Shown one piece after another: positions 12,647 to 26,260 of a stretch of DNA of 64,000 nucleotides (positions are counted from its first letter, which is position 1; each line of letters begins with the position of its first letter). The position numbers were made by a program, and so were the translations under genes. This DNA is from Marsupella aquatica (taxonomy: Eukaryota; Plantae; Marchantiophyta): the NCBI GenBank assembly GCA_973895155.1, contig OZ316894.1, forward strand, positions 16,236,699 through 16,300,698, written 5' to 3'. A model generated the notes under the pieces. It was not told the origin of the DNA and did no database searches. It saw nothing but the letters and a program-made list of their open reading frames with translations.

Positions 12647-13525
12647 CTAGCCCAATACCTGTGCGTTGCACAAAATGTGTTGATGTGAAAAAAGATGTCA
12701 AGGTGAGAAAAAGATGTCGATGAGAGAAAAAATACCGAGGTGAGTAATTAAAATAGGTCAAGGGGTGAGAAAAATATGGCGAGGAGGGAACAAATGGCGA
12801 GGTGAGGGAACAAATGGCGAGGTGAGGGAACAAATGGCGAGGTGAGGAAACATGTAATGACGAGGAAAAGATGTCAAGGACAGAAAAGATATCAAGGTTG
12901 AGGGAATGATGTTGTGGTGAGACAAAGATGTCAAAGTGAAAAAAAGATGGCACAATGATTGAAACAAATATAAGATGTTCAAGGTGACAGAAAATGGCCG
13001 AGGAGAGAAAAAATGTCAAGGTGAGAGAAAAATGTCGAGTGAGAATAAAAAATTGTGGTAATATAAAGATGTCAATGTGAGATAAGATGGTGTGGTGAGA
13101 AAAAGATGGCAAGTCAAGTAAAAGTTGTTGAGGAGAGAAAAATATGAGAAGATTAGAAAAACATGTCAAGCTGAGAAAAAATGTCAAGGCAAGACTTGAA
13201 ATTATAAGTTGTACGATTGAGACATGTTATGTGTGATCCCCGCCATACACTTTTGTGGTCGTGTTCAATAACCCATCCATTTCACATAGAAATTTGAGAC
13301 TCGAGGTAACGACCACCCCATCATAAAGTCACAATTGAGTTACAGGAAAAAAATTAACTCTAAGTTTTTATATTGAAAGATCTCAAAATTCTAAAAAAAA
13401 TTCCAAAATTTCCAATTTGAATCAATTTAATGATTTTCTTAATTAAGTTCTTCATCTTGGGCAGGTGCGGGTAAGCTAAAGGGCATCTTGGACAGATATT
13501 TATTTTAAATGGGTACATGGATAGA
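12647..13525 (-). mobile_element. Non-autonomous Helitron carrying an internal ~20-bp degenerate minisatellite
   Basis: On the - strand: 5' A|TCTATCC (13525), 3' hairpin GTGCAACGCAC followed by CTAG|T (12647). Internal repeats such as AAATGGCGAGGTGAGGGAAC at ~12680-13190. Confidence 0.7.
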
Positions 13526-16436
13526 TCTGACAGTGTTAAAAAACAATGTATGATAAAAGGTCAAAATTGGTTCACACTTTTTCTAGGGGTAGAGTATGAT
13601 AGTGGTAAAAAATGATAGAGTGGATGGCTTAGTATGCATGGATGGTACCAAAAGGACTCTCATGTATTGACAGTCCACTTTTCTTGCTTGGAAAATAGTG
13701 TCACATTTTTCTTTCACACTAAATGTAATTAATTTTTTGTCTATTCCTTCTCTTTGTCAGATTATTTACTTTTGTGGGCCCTTTACTTTTGTGGGCCCTG
13801 CAAATTCAAATGACGACCACTCTATAAAAGAGTGGGACCTTGTATTATAGTTCTTGATGGGCTTAAGAATATGAACCTTGTGAGAAAGGTTATGTGTAAA
13901 GCTCTAACCAATACACACATGTACACTTTTAAAGCACTCATAAGCTATTGTTTAAAAGACATGGGCACATGCGACTCATGACCAGCCCTTTCTAGCCTTA
14001 CCCAAGTGAGCCCGGTACACCAAAGAAATATAAGATTGGTCAATTCCGTCGCACATAATCTAATAACCGAACTTCACCTGTTTGCAGATTCCAGTGCTGA
14101 AACAATCAGACGGAACAACTGAAAACATAACTTGGCACAGCTGGTAACCACAGGCAGGTTTACTACTCAAAGGGGACGTCGACTCGGGAGATGATACATG
14201 TTTAATGGTTGCTAATCTAGTAATACTTCACTAAATTTCAAGTGCTGGGTGGTACAAGCGAACCATGAACCCTGTCCAGGCCCAAGAGTTGCCGGAACTT
14301 TCTTGGGCATCACTTCCCCTTCATCGGAAAACCAGCTTTCCTTTCTAAAAAAGGTACTCACTTTACTCTATGAACAACCCGAATGTGAGACATGGGTATA
14401 CAATTTGGAAACATGGAAAGGGAAACCGATTTTGCAGAAGGTGGGTAACTACTCCATAGAACTGCTTCTCCCTATTTGAACGTCCCGTTAAACACTTCTC
14501 CCACAGTCCACCCAAAATACTCGTTTCTCTCGGACGGCACTTCCACAATATTTCCAGTCAAACACTTCACTCACTCCACCTACGCTCCACTGACGATACT
14601 CGGCAAACGAAATTCCAACGTCTTACAAGACGAGAAGTACAGCTGATTATCTAGGCCAACACTTCCACACTACTTAATGCAGCTGTTTAAACATTTCAGC
14701 GAAGACATCATATACGACCGGTTTCATTGGACTTCCAAGGCATTTTCATGCAAAGGGAAATCAACTGATGCATGATACAAAACAGCGCTTTACAAATGAG
14801 CTTTACTTATACACAACATCAGGCTGGACACAATTCAGTTCGAATACTCGACAACTCTAGACGCTTTACTCTTCTGACTCGTACACTTAAGGGACTCACA
14901 CGACGAAGGAATCAAACTGTTCGTTGTCCCTGAAAGGAAACGATGATGCATTAAATAACAGACCATTATAATGAAGGACAATCGGAGAATGAGTAAAAAG
15001 TATTTTCTTACTCGTTTAAATATTGCCCATCCATAAATATATATTATGTATATTGTCACATGTAGAAATCGAAGTGTAGAAGTCAATTCTTAAATTGTTC
15101 GCTAAGTTCTTCGCTAGAAGAATTCAAGATGTTCACGACGTAAAAGAATGAACTTTTTCAAGGAGTCTTCAGGGCATAACAAATTCGTAAAAAATTATTC
15201 AAGCTCTGATACAATCCCCCAGACGGCTCGCCTCCGTGCCAAGCTGTGTGCAAATTGCAAAGGTAATTCATATCCAGCAAGTGGGGCGTCCTCTGAACGA
15301 CGTAACAAAAACCCTATCAAAACAGACAAACGTATCGCTTGCACATCAATTAGCTGTACAGGCTAACAATAAAACCTCCCTCAGTGACAAAACATCCGAA
15401 GCTATTTGAGGTCACTCTGTAAAGAATGAATCCTTAAACCGAAGGTTTTGTCACAAGGCCATGTCACAAAACGACTACTCTCCATTCTCAAATCATGTCA
15501 AAAGCAAAGTATTGATTTAGCATGTTCTGCTCTGCCTTCTTCCAGCCTGCCGTCACCAGCTATGCACTGAGAAACCCAAACAAGTTGAAAAAGCCTCAAA
15601 TATAGCCGACATGTGCTTACAGTCCCTTTCAAGACTGATGCACAGTGCATCCACCGCCAGTCCCGTTGACCACTGTCAGGTTCAACTTCGCAGGTTCACG
15701 GGAATGAATTCTCAAGGATTCGAAAAATCCGAATGTTCTTCATAGACAAGCCGGATGTCGCATGGGTCCAACCCTCAAAGATGGAGCACTGCCATATTAA
15801 TCTGAACCAATCATGGAAAAGGTACTGAAAGTATCGTTGAGGTCGATATCCAGGGCCAAATTCATTGCGAATGAGCTCTAGTTCATATGGATGAGATTGA
15901 TTTTGAAGTGATTCCAACCATTTCAACCTTGTTTGCCGTCGGGGAATAGCCACTCCGCTAGAAGAGTTGACATCGTAGGGAACCTCAATAATACCGACTT
16001 AGTTGGCCGGCAAGATTATGTTCAGATGCGTCTCCACCGCACGGCGCCATGAGAATGTTAAGATTCATCGTGACTAGCACCAGAAAGAGTATCGAGAACA
16101 TTTCCACTTGCTACGGCAAGTCCAAGGACATTTGCGGAAAAGGCTGACCTCAACTTCCATCGTGTGAATAAAAAAAGACCACCAATTGGAACCCAGAGCT
16201 TTCCCCGTATGAGCAACACACCACAAGAAGAGCAAACGCTCGAGAGCAGAGGTCAAAGTCGTACGGATAGCACCTATATAGAGGCCAAGAATTGCACAGT
16301 GCCTCAACGTTTATGATTCTGCAGGCTGTTGTCTCAAAATCTCCACCGGGCTTACGTACGTCAAGGTCGGCCACCAAAACCTTGTCTAGCGAATGGATGG
16401 GCCGACCACCTGAACGACGAAAATCCCTGATGGAAC

Positions 16437-19400
16437 TTACTTTTCCTTTCTGTCGATGGCGGACGATGTAACATCCTCCTCCTTAGCTGTGCCAGAAGGA
16501 GTCAACTCCAGCAACTCGACATCAAAAGACTCCAAACTTGGAAATCGTACCAAATTCTCTGTGCCTTCTCCCATTGGAGCGTCTGGCAGATCCGCAAAAT
16601 TTAATAAATCATCATGAGAGGTTACAATGGCACCGACAGCCACACACGATTGAGAAGCTCCATCACGTCCAGAAGCCAAAGTTGATTCCGTCCCTGACAG
16701 GGACGATGTTCCGCTACTACAAGTTCCCCCTGGAGAACTCTGCTCACGGATTTCTTTCGTATCCCCTTCCACGTCCTCGCTGCGACCTAGGCCAGGCAAA
16801 CTATCGATGCAATCCTGAGCTTTACGTGCACGAATAATCTGCAAAACAAAATAACTCGACAATGAAAAATAAAGCCAAGGAAGAGGTATCCGTACACATA
16901 AACAATCATCCATCCAATCAGCTCGTATTGCGCTCACTAGATCTATATACCTCAACATGCGACTGAACTTGAGCAACAAAAAATCCAAATAGTGAAAGTC
17001 ACATCGCTTGCTACTAGGCTGCCCCTCGAAGACACTTACGTAAGTTCCTTGCTGCTGATTCCTGTACATCAGCATCCTGTCAGACTCTTGAAGACGGTGC
17101 TTTTTAACAAAATCCCCTGCAAAACATTGCCGATTGCCAGGACATGAAAGCTCAGAAACCATCCTACTGATAGATTGAAGGACACAGACGAGGATTTTAT
17201 TCGCTACACAGTAAGAACAGCGGATAATGGGGACAGATATCTTCATCTTCTTTCCGCCACTGACAAGTACTCAAGAACCCACCGGAACCTCAAGTGGCTG
17301 AACAACAACGGCAACAGTCTTAGTCCCCTGTGTTCCAGTCATCCAACAATCTCTCCTAGGAGGATCGTTCAATTATCCTATTGCAACTGCATCCCATGTA
17401 GACAATAGGTAGACAGCTTTCAGAATCCTTTGCCTTAGGGTGATGCTTGGCGGAAGCAACTGGTAGGAGGATTAATCGCAGCCATGATGTCTACCGGGTG
17501 AACACACAAAGTGATCGGTAACTTGAAGAGCATGGCATTCAGAATGCAAGACGTACCAGTGTTTTCCAATAAGTACATGCGACTTTTGTTGTTGGGCCAA
17601 AACCTGCACACGTTGAAGAGGATGTGGTTTTGAGGGTCTCCAGGTAATCCACTGTTCTTAAACAAATGACTTTCCCGAGGTTCACAAAACGCTGTAATCG
17701 AACCTTAGCAGGGAATAGCTATCAAGAATGACAGCTTACCGATATCTTAGTGTCATCATTTCGCCCGTGTCGTAGTCTTCGCAAGCAAACTGAATTCCTT
17801 CCCTTGCACACAGCGATGGAAGATGGCTTTCCGCATCTTTCTGGGAACAGGAAGAGCAGTACAAGTACGTCGTTAATCCCTGTCTTGTCTGAGTAGTCGA
17901 CACCAAGAAACGAACGAAATAGAACACCGAAGTAAGCCAACAAACGACATCTTCAGGACGGTGGGTAGTACAAACCTTGGGGAGGACTATTCTGCCCAGA
18001 TTGCCCACGTCGCTCGGTCTCAGCACTTTCATCAGCAGAAACTTCAGATTTTCCTGATCCTTTCGATCTATAGTCCTACACTGGAGAACCGAATTGAGGG
18101 AAGTCAGACAATGAAACAAACCATGCCCTGCAGCTGCAAACGCAATGCCGATCAACTTTTGACAGTGAATGCATAAAACTTCAGTGAAGACTTCAGTATG
18201 CAAGGGTCGTTCTCAGACGTACGGCAGGTCCTTCGGATGCAGGCCTTCCTTGCGACCGGCAAATACTCCGCAATGAACCTGGCGAACACACGCCACCAGA
18301 CTTGCCTGCGAGAAGAGTACCGGACTCAAAGGCGCCACGATTGACCTGATGTAGAGCACCCTTCCGATTGCGGTCCATCCTCTGCTTTCGTGCCAACCTT
18401 GTGGATGCTGCAGGACTACCCACCTTTAACTTACCCACCACTGAGGCTCCCAGTCGGGTGCCTGAACCTGACTGACGCTGCTTTCGATCGACTGAGCTTC
18501 CTGGGGATAATGGATACCCTAAGGAACCAAGCCTATCAATCAGGCCACATCCATGAACCGAACTACCCAAGGTGCCCAAAGTGTCGTCGATTAAAACATG
18601 CCCTTGGGTGCCAAAGGCAGCATTAAAGTCCAAAGAGTGGGGATCCGTAGGCGGACTTGAAGGAGTTATATTGAAAGGCCCGCCGGGCGCAAACGGATTC
18701 CCTCCCACTGCACAGAAAATGCCCTGAGTCCCCTGCCCTTCAGCCGTGGTACTCAAGTAGGAAGGGAACTCACTGGTCGAGCTCTGTGATGTAGAGTAGC
18801 CTGCGCGAATGGGTGAATGACGCCGGATCTTGCTCTGCTGCTGGTGAGACAAAGTGTCATCGTAGGAAATCAAGTCATGAGCACAATGCACTCCGCTGCC
18901 ATCAGGAGATGGAGAAAGCTTCCGGATCAACTTCGCTGGATGCGTTTTCTCCTGTCGTATTGCTTCATATTCGCGCTTGGGCGGTACCCAGTCTCTTGGA
19001 GACATGTCTTTGAGCACTGCAGCTGCGCCGGAACTGCCCTGTGATTGCAGTCCACCACCGACAATTCTATCAGGCACACCGATAAAAACAGCTTGATGCT
19101 TAGGCAGGGCCTGCTGCTGTTGCTGCCGACTCTGGTAATTAGAAGGCAACTGACTGTACTCTCCACTCCCGTGCTCACTCCTCAAATCGCAAAGACTGTC
19201 GTTGTTGTCCCGGCACGATGAACTGGAGCTAACCAAGCTAGAGAAGTCCGCCGGTGAAGAGTGGCTCAAGTTGCCCTGATGTTGATTATGATGGAGACTC
19301 CCGAAGTGCTGTCCCCCACCACCACCGTCAACCACGCTCCCACAGTCGAGATTGGACAACGAAAATTGGTCAATTCCATCCAAGCGACGGGAGAGGAAGT

Positions 19401-19932
19401 CCGAGTGAGACAGGTCACATGGTTGACTGGATTGAGAGTTATGACGATGCCGTGCCTCCAGCCAGAACAGAATGGCTCTAATAATACCACGCAGACCTTT
19501 CTGACCCCCACCAAGCCTCTGGATGCCTTCCACTAAGACACTCTCTTTGATCTTGGTAGCTCTAAGTTGAGCATACAGTTGCGCTGTCGCGCACGAACCC
19601 TTCCGTTGTGCAGCCTCCTCTGTTGTTAGGTCCGACGTGTATCCTGGGGAGCCTGATTCATCAACAAGGCCTCTACTGTGGCTCCCCCCGATCTCTACAT
19701 TACTGCCGTCTGCACCACCACTTCCCGACGAAGTACCGATAGAGTCTCGTCCAACAGCAGTACCAACAGAACCGGAGTGAAGAAAACTACTTCCTGCAGA
19801 AATATCCATGGGCTCATCGCGAAGCCACGTACAAACATCTGCCTCAGCAGGAGAACTGCGCTGCTGGTGCAGTCTGCTGAACTGGTTGTGATAATTGCTA
19901 CCTTTTACGTCGGTGGAGCTAGACATGGCCAT
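16437..19932 (-). CDS. ABI3: ABI3/VP1-like B3-domain transcription factor (LAV family), 6 coding exons; start may lie further upstream
   Basis: Exons 19932-18223, 18080-17976, 17840-17740, 17603-17557, 17116-17040, 16838-16437 all have GT-AG introns and splice in frame (~813 aa). B1-like LRATKIKESVLVEGIQRLGGGQKGLRGIIRAILFWL; B2 STRLARKQRMDRNR; B3 [32 protein letters not shown]...[31 protein letters not shown]. The 101/47/77-nt B3 exons fit the usual ABI3 layout. The frame stays open upstream to ~20240, and the stop overlaps a GTAAGT, so both ends are uncertain. Confidence 0.93.
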
Positions 19933-22120
19933 CAAGCCGTGGTTGGAGGCGTCTCGAGGAAGAGGAGAAGGAGAGGAAGATTCGGGCGGCTTCGCAGCGT
20001 AAGTGCCCCTACTACTCTCATCTACCACCACCTTCCTTTTGAGACCACGGCCCGGACTGGACGACGAGTGACGCCAAACATGGCCGTCATTCAATGCACT
20101 GCCGAAGTGGTGCTGCCCAATTGTATTGTGCCGTTCAAGAAGCGGGGCTCGGGACGAGCAGCAGCAACCTGCGTTGACTCCATCCCACAATAATCTCAGA
20201 ACAGTGAATGAAGTGACGGCCTGCCTGTAACTCCTAGATTACGTGCAGCAGCAAGGGTGGGTGCAATCATGCGACAGCCTCTGCCTTCGTCTTCCCCCCG
20301 ACTTGTGAGACACACAGAACATCAAGAACGAACACACAAATACTCTATGCGAGGAAGAAGTAGGTTACCACTACAGCAGTATACCATCATCCTCCTTCTG
20401 ACAAACAGTGAATAGCGAGAACCAGAGCTCTCTCTCTCACACACGATATCACCGTCACTTCTCCAAAACTTTCGTCAGAGCAATCTTTCTCTCTCTCTTT
20501 TCTCTCTCTCGCTCTTAATGTATACTCAAATTCTGTTCGAAGGACGGCAGGAGGCCACGGTAGTACTGAATCGGCCACACCAGACCACACCAGACCTGAC
20601 AGACAGTACTGAACTCTTCCTCCGACTCCGCCAAGTACGGGAAACAAGCCGAAATGCGCAACCAAGCCGACCTTCTATTGCCAAATGATCTAAACTCACC
20701 TCTCGAGGCAATTTCATCCCGGCAGCCTCCCTCACCGATTTGTAGAATGCGCTGCGCACATAGAAACCTCTTCGAACGAGTTCCCCTCACATTCTAGAAT
20801 GCTCTTGGCTCATAGAAAGAAACCTCTTCGAATCCTCAAAGCACCTCAACGAACCCCGGCTCTATACAAAAGCACTCTGGCCTAACGCATCGAGGAACCC
20901 AAACGATAAAAGTTCAATGGCCACGTCCACACCACCTATACGTAGCGATCCCAACACCCGCAACTCCTATCTACCAGCTCCTGTTGCCCGACGATGATGT
21001 GGAAAAGAGAGCTCCAGGAAATGGCCGTGCTGAGAATGATGAGGAGACGAGAGCTCCAGAAAAAGCCTTCAGCCTCCATTTCTCCGTCGGGCCGAAGTCG
21101 AAGAGGGCCGACAAAGACGAGGCTACAGCCGTAGCGTTGGTCCTAGTGGATGGTCACTGACCAGAGCTGATTGAAGAATCCGGCCCACCTCCCACCTGGC
21201 GATCACTCATTGGCCGGACCCCTCGTCGCTTACATGAAAAGTTGTCCCGCCCACCAACACGGCTTTACCTTTTCGCTGTTACCGTGCAAATATCCTAATA
21301 AGGCATCTTCCTCAAGCAAAACGGCCTACTTTCCGTAAAATAGTCTCTACACATAGGGAGTGACGATTACACTCAGTTAGGGGTGAAGCTTCCATCAGGC
21401 CCCCGGGCGCTCTTTCTTGGCGTTTCGAACTTATGCAAGCTTGGTAGCATCCAGCTGTTCGATTGCACTACGTGGTAGCTTCATCTTAGGATGGATGAAG
21501 TTGATGCTAGGATGAACTAACACATTTGACTCAAAGACTATATGGACCAAGCTGTTTTTTACACCTGTAAGTGTCAGTTTTCATACAACGAATAAATGTT
21601 GTTTGAGTAGCAACAATGTTTCAAGATGATCCTTGCAAGATTTGGTAACCCCTGTAAATTACCATCCTGTCAAACATGACTATCTCTGTATGGGAGCTTA
21701 TGCTTCTTTTAGCTGTTCACTTTGAGGCTTTCTGCCGTTGGCCAGCTTGGTCCCCCATCCATGGGGTTCACTCAGAATAAAATAATAAATTCCAAAAAAG
21801 AAGAAAAAAAACTATTCACTTTCAAATTTGGGAAGGTGTGCATATATCTGATCCTCCATAGATTAGTCCTGACAAGGCCAAAAGAAAAAGGGGTCGTGAT
21901 AACTGCACATCAAAATATGGCATCTAATGTGTAGACATCCTTCATATCATGATAAACTTTATTATTTTCTTAAAATCAATGAGTGCACAATATATATTAT
22001 CACAATTTGATATGTGATTACTGGCAAGGGTGGAAAATAGCTTTCATTTGTTAAATTTTGAAGGACATAATCTGTTGCATTTACTTGTATCTCAACATAT
22101 GGATGGGTTCACCTGCAATT

Positions 22121-22209
22121 AACATGGTTACCACCATGATGATGAGGAAGATTACCCTGCAACATGGTTACCACCATGATGATGAGGAAGATTACCTTGC
22201 AACATGGTA
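22121..22209. repeat. 40-bp tandem duplication
   Basis: AACATGGTTACCACCATGATGATGAGGAAGATTACC(C/T)TGC twice plus a partial unit. Confidence 0.9.
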
Positions 22210-23230
22210 ACCAGTCATCAAATGTGTGAGAAGACTTGGTTTAGAATATACATGTGGTTTACATATGTTTGCCTTGAGGTTAACTTCAAGCCAGGAAAGT
22301 TCTGTGTGCTTTGTGGTAGCTCAACCAAGTAATGGTGCTAGCCCAGATTCAAACCCTTTCTAGGACGTTATGCTCATGTTGGAAAAGGCTCGCATTGCTA
22401 ATGAAGGTTCCTACATTGGCAGAAGCCCTGTGCATTTTCTCGGCATGGATGACCTGCACCATTCTATGAAGATTATACCTCCTTGCACCCAGCTTGGCAT
22501 GTAGTGTGCAAAGTGTTCGTTGATCCTGCCCTCCCTATCATCGCAATGTATTACAGTTGAGCCCATCATCAAGGTTATGGTACAACCTAGCACTCCGATG
22601 TGCCACCCCATTTTCTTTTCCTCCTTGTAGATGGACAGAAATAAAATTTATGTGTCTAGTGCCCTCACTAAGTCAAACTCAAGTTTGAATTGATCATTCA
22701 TACTTTAGTTTGCACCTTTACTCGCTCACTGTATATAGCACAAATCTATCTCATTCAGAGCCACGTAACCTGAAATTGAAAACATTTAATATGCATTAAT
22801 GGGCTGGCCCCCACCTCCATCGCCAACTATGATGTGATTTGACAACCCTTACTAGCCCATTACCAGCACAAGTTAAATGAGTGTCTCTAATATTTCCTTA
22901 AAGGGTAATCCTTATAAAATATGTAAACCCACAAAAGACTCGCGGGAAGGGGGACCACAAGTGCCTTGTTCATGCTCACAAGCACAACGCCCAGAGGGTG
23001 ATAATGTCTCTAATTATTTGGATTGCGAGCATATGCAAACTAGGAATCATAAGCAATTTTGTTGCCAACATGTTTGACAAGAAATTCCAGCAACATGGAA
23101 AATTCATTCCCATGATTTGGTGAACCTAGGGCTACTAAAAAAGCCCGTTGGGAATTAATCAAGGAGTCATCCAAAAACACACCAAAGCTCCTGATTTTTT
23201 TGTAAATAATTGTCATCTATTGCAAATTAT

Positions 23231-24504
23231 AGTCGTGCAACTCGACTACCCTAACACTTAGCTCCGGTGTCACCGACTCCAACCCCGAGCTCCTCTATGG
23301 TCCAAGCCTCCAAAATGGCTATCCGGTGTTGCACTAGCAAGAGAAAGGCGCTAAGACCGACGCTAAGTTGGTAATGCACACTAAGGACTTACACTGACAT
23401 GGAGTTGGTTGGGTCATGGGAAGGGCCGGGCTCTGAGTGGACCGTCCGGACCCCCAAACGGACTTTGAGTTATGACAGCTAGAGTGAGAACTCCTTTTGG
23501 GCCTAAGGCTAAACAAGTTTACTTCATGCGCAACGGACGTTTGCCGCATGAGATACGACGCGGCCCGAGTGTGGCCATTTGAAACCCTCGGCTGACGGTA
23601 GATTCTAAGGGCCTAGGCATGAGCAATGGGTCAGCCCAATTACAACGGGCTAAGGTACTTCACTAGCGGACCTCTAGCTAGAAAACTGTGGGCAGAGCAC
23701 ATTAGTGGTGTGTCCAGGTGTGTGGGTTAAGGTCCAGGTTAAGGGCCAAATTTAGGGGACCAAAGCAAGACCATGGTGGCAGTTCTCCAAAAGCATATTA
23801 TGAGGGGAGTGGTGTCTCCCTGGGGGCCAAGGGTGAACCCAAGTCGTGAGTCGCGGCGGTCTGACTCTAAGAAGAAATGTCAAATGGAAACGATGATAAC
23901 TTCTTAACACGAAGTCCGTTGGAAGACTTCTTGGATGTGTTGGAAAGCTCTTGAGGATAAATACATCCTGCTGAGCTCAACTGAGTATGCGGGTGCCATT
24001 GGTACTTGGGGATGGTGGGGGCTATGCTGCCTCCTACCCTGCCCGCTTGAGTCACAAAACTCAACTACCTTAACACTTAGCTCCGGCGTCACTGACTCCG
24101 ATCCCGAGCTCCCCTATGGTCCAGGCCCAAATACGCCATCCAAGGAGGACTTAGCATGGGGAGACTTGTGGGCAACGGGACATGGCACTGGCGATGGCAA
24201 GGCGCCAAGATGGTGACACACGCTAAGGACTTAGACAAGCTGAGGGCTAGTCAAGTCAAGAGAGAAAAGGGTCGGGCGCAGGGTCGACCATCCGGACCCC
24301 CGGACAGACTTTGAGTTATGAGGGCTTGAGTGAGAGCACCACTTGGGCCCAAGGCCAATGGAGTTGACTCCATGGGCAACAGACGCTTGGGGCACGAGTT
24401 ATGGCCCGATCTGGGTTTGGCGATCAGGGGTCCAGGGCAACGATGGGATCTGAGGGCCAAGGGATCAGTACTGGGTCAGCCCGATCACAACGGGCTAAGG
24501 CACT
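23231..24504 (+). mobile_element. Two partial LTRs of the AGT-type gypsy family in succession (starts at 23231 and 24050)
   Basis: AGTCGTGCAACTCGACTACC at 23231 and AGTCACAAAACTCAACTACC at 24050; both match the 5' part of the 6940 LTR. Confidence 0.85.
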
Positions 24505-26260
24505 TTGCTAAGGAACCCCAAGGAAATGCGGTGGCAGATGTTCTTGGCAGATTTTGATTTCAAAGTCCACCACGTTCCTTGGAAGACAAACACGACAGTT
24601 GACGCCTTATCACGTAGGGACCATCATTGTGTCAATGGGATCACGATGCTCGAATCCAAGTGGCCAAAGGTTCTGGCCAAGGCGTATGGGGATGACAGGT
24701 TAGCCAAGGAATAGCAAAGCAATGGGGTAGCCAAGGCAAGGTGAGGCACATTTCATTGGGGTGGATATCACACATAATGTCCAATTATGATGATACAAGC
24801 AGAGGCGTGTGTAAATCCCAGAGTCTCTAAGACTGGAGGGTCTGCAAAAGTACCACGACTCGCCCTGGGGAGGGCATGGCGGACAAGTTGCTACGTATCG
24901 CAGCATGTTGTGAGATGTGTATTGGCCGGACATGAAGCAATTGGTTCTTGTGCACGTGCAAAGTTGTTACTGATGCCAAAAGAACCAAACGGTCTATAGG
25001 GCAAAAGGAGGACTTCTACAACCCTTACCAGTAGTCGCGGCTCCATGGGAGTCCATCTCCATGGACTTCATTGTGGGGTTACGTGAGTCCCACGGCAGTG
25101 ACTCCATCTTAACAATCGTGGATTGTTTTTCCAAGATGATGTATACCTTGCAGCCGACTACAAAAATGGTTTTGGCCCGAGAGGTTGTTGGTCTAGTGTT
25201 TGACAATGTCTTCCAACAATGAGGATTGCCATTGCATATCCTGTCCGACCGCAATACCAAGTTCATGGGCCACTTCTGGAAGGCGTTGTTCCGGTTCTCC
25301 GGCACAGACCTTACCAAGGGATCAGCATATTATCATGAGATAGATGGCTAAATGGAATGGGTGAATGGTATCATGGAGGACTACTTGCATCATTTTGTGA
25401 CGGCCAATCAAGAGGATTGGGCAAAGCACTTAACAATGGCCGAGTTTAGGTATAACTCAACCAAGCATTCGACAATGGGGTTTGCGCCGTTTGTGTTGGC
25501 CACAAGGAGGACTCCAAGGGTGCCCTCCTAGTTCATAAATTCAGAAGCTTGGCGGACGAAAAGCAAGGTTCCTTCTGTGGACAATTTTATCTGAGAGCGG
25601 CGCCTAGTTGTGGAAGCGACTACCAAGGATATGACCCTTGCCCAAAGTTGGTACAAGGAGCAAGGGGATAAACATCGACGCCAGGTAAGCTTTGAAATTG
25701 GGGAGAGCGTCTGATTGTAGTTGAGACCTGAACAATACCACGGGAACATAAGTAGGAAGCTGGCTCCCAGACATGCGGGGACCTATCGCATCATACGATG
25801 GGCCCACAAGGATAATCCGGTTTTGGTGGTGTTGGAAACACCCAAGGAAATGGGCGTAGGCATAAGCTACCATGTTAGCCGATTCAAGAAATTTGTCAAA
25901 GACAATGATCCCACCCGGGATGAAGTCTTGCGTCCAGACGTCATGCTGGTGGAGGATGCTCAGGAGTTTGGGGTGGAGGCAATTCTGGACCACCGTTACA
26001 AACGCAAGCTAGGAAGGCAAATCTTAGAGTATTTGGTGAAGTGGACTTCTAGGAAGGAGCGCCAGAACGAGCGCTAGAGGGCATCCTGCTTACTTCCTGG
26101 ATGGACTTCTAGGAAGGAGCGCTAGAAAGGCAAACCTTAGAGTATTTGGTCCATTCTAGGAAGTATCTTAGAGTATTTGGTGAAGTGGATGGACTTCTAG
26201 GAAGGAGCGCTGCTACGGAGGGGCTACAACGAGGGGAGATCAGCCATTGAAGGGGTGTCA
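24505..26260 (+). pseudogene. Degenerate gypsy pol 3' part: RNase H end, integrase, chromodomain (chromovirus-type)
   Basis: NPKEMRWQMFLADFDF...DALSR; GLLQPLPV..PWESISMDFIVGL; ILSDRNTKF; EFRYNSTKHS; RKLAPRHAGTYRI...HVSRFKK; chromodomain EFGVEAILDHRY...EYLVKW; purine tracts at ~26218-26255. Confidence 0.88.

Noticed and set aside
12402-13187. 261-aa ORF
   Set aside because: Low-complexity translation of Helitron tandem repeats; no recognisable domain.
15203-15214. GCTCTGATACA, a reverse PBS-like motif
   Set aside because: Imperfect, with no adjacent LTR or retroelement sequence.
19678-20193. 171-aa + strand ORF (and similar antisense ORFs over the transposase and pol)
   Set aside because: Antisense shadows of real coding sequence.
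22330-22620. CTLHAKL motif on the - strand, possibly a transposase relic
   Set aside because: A single short motif with no supporting termini or domains.
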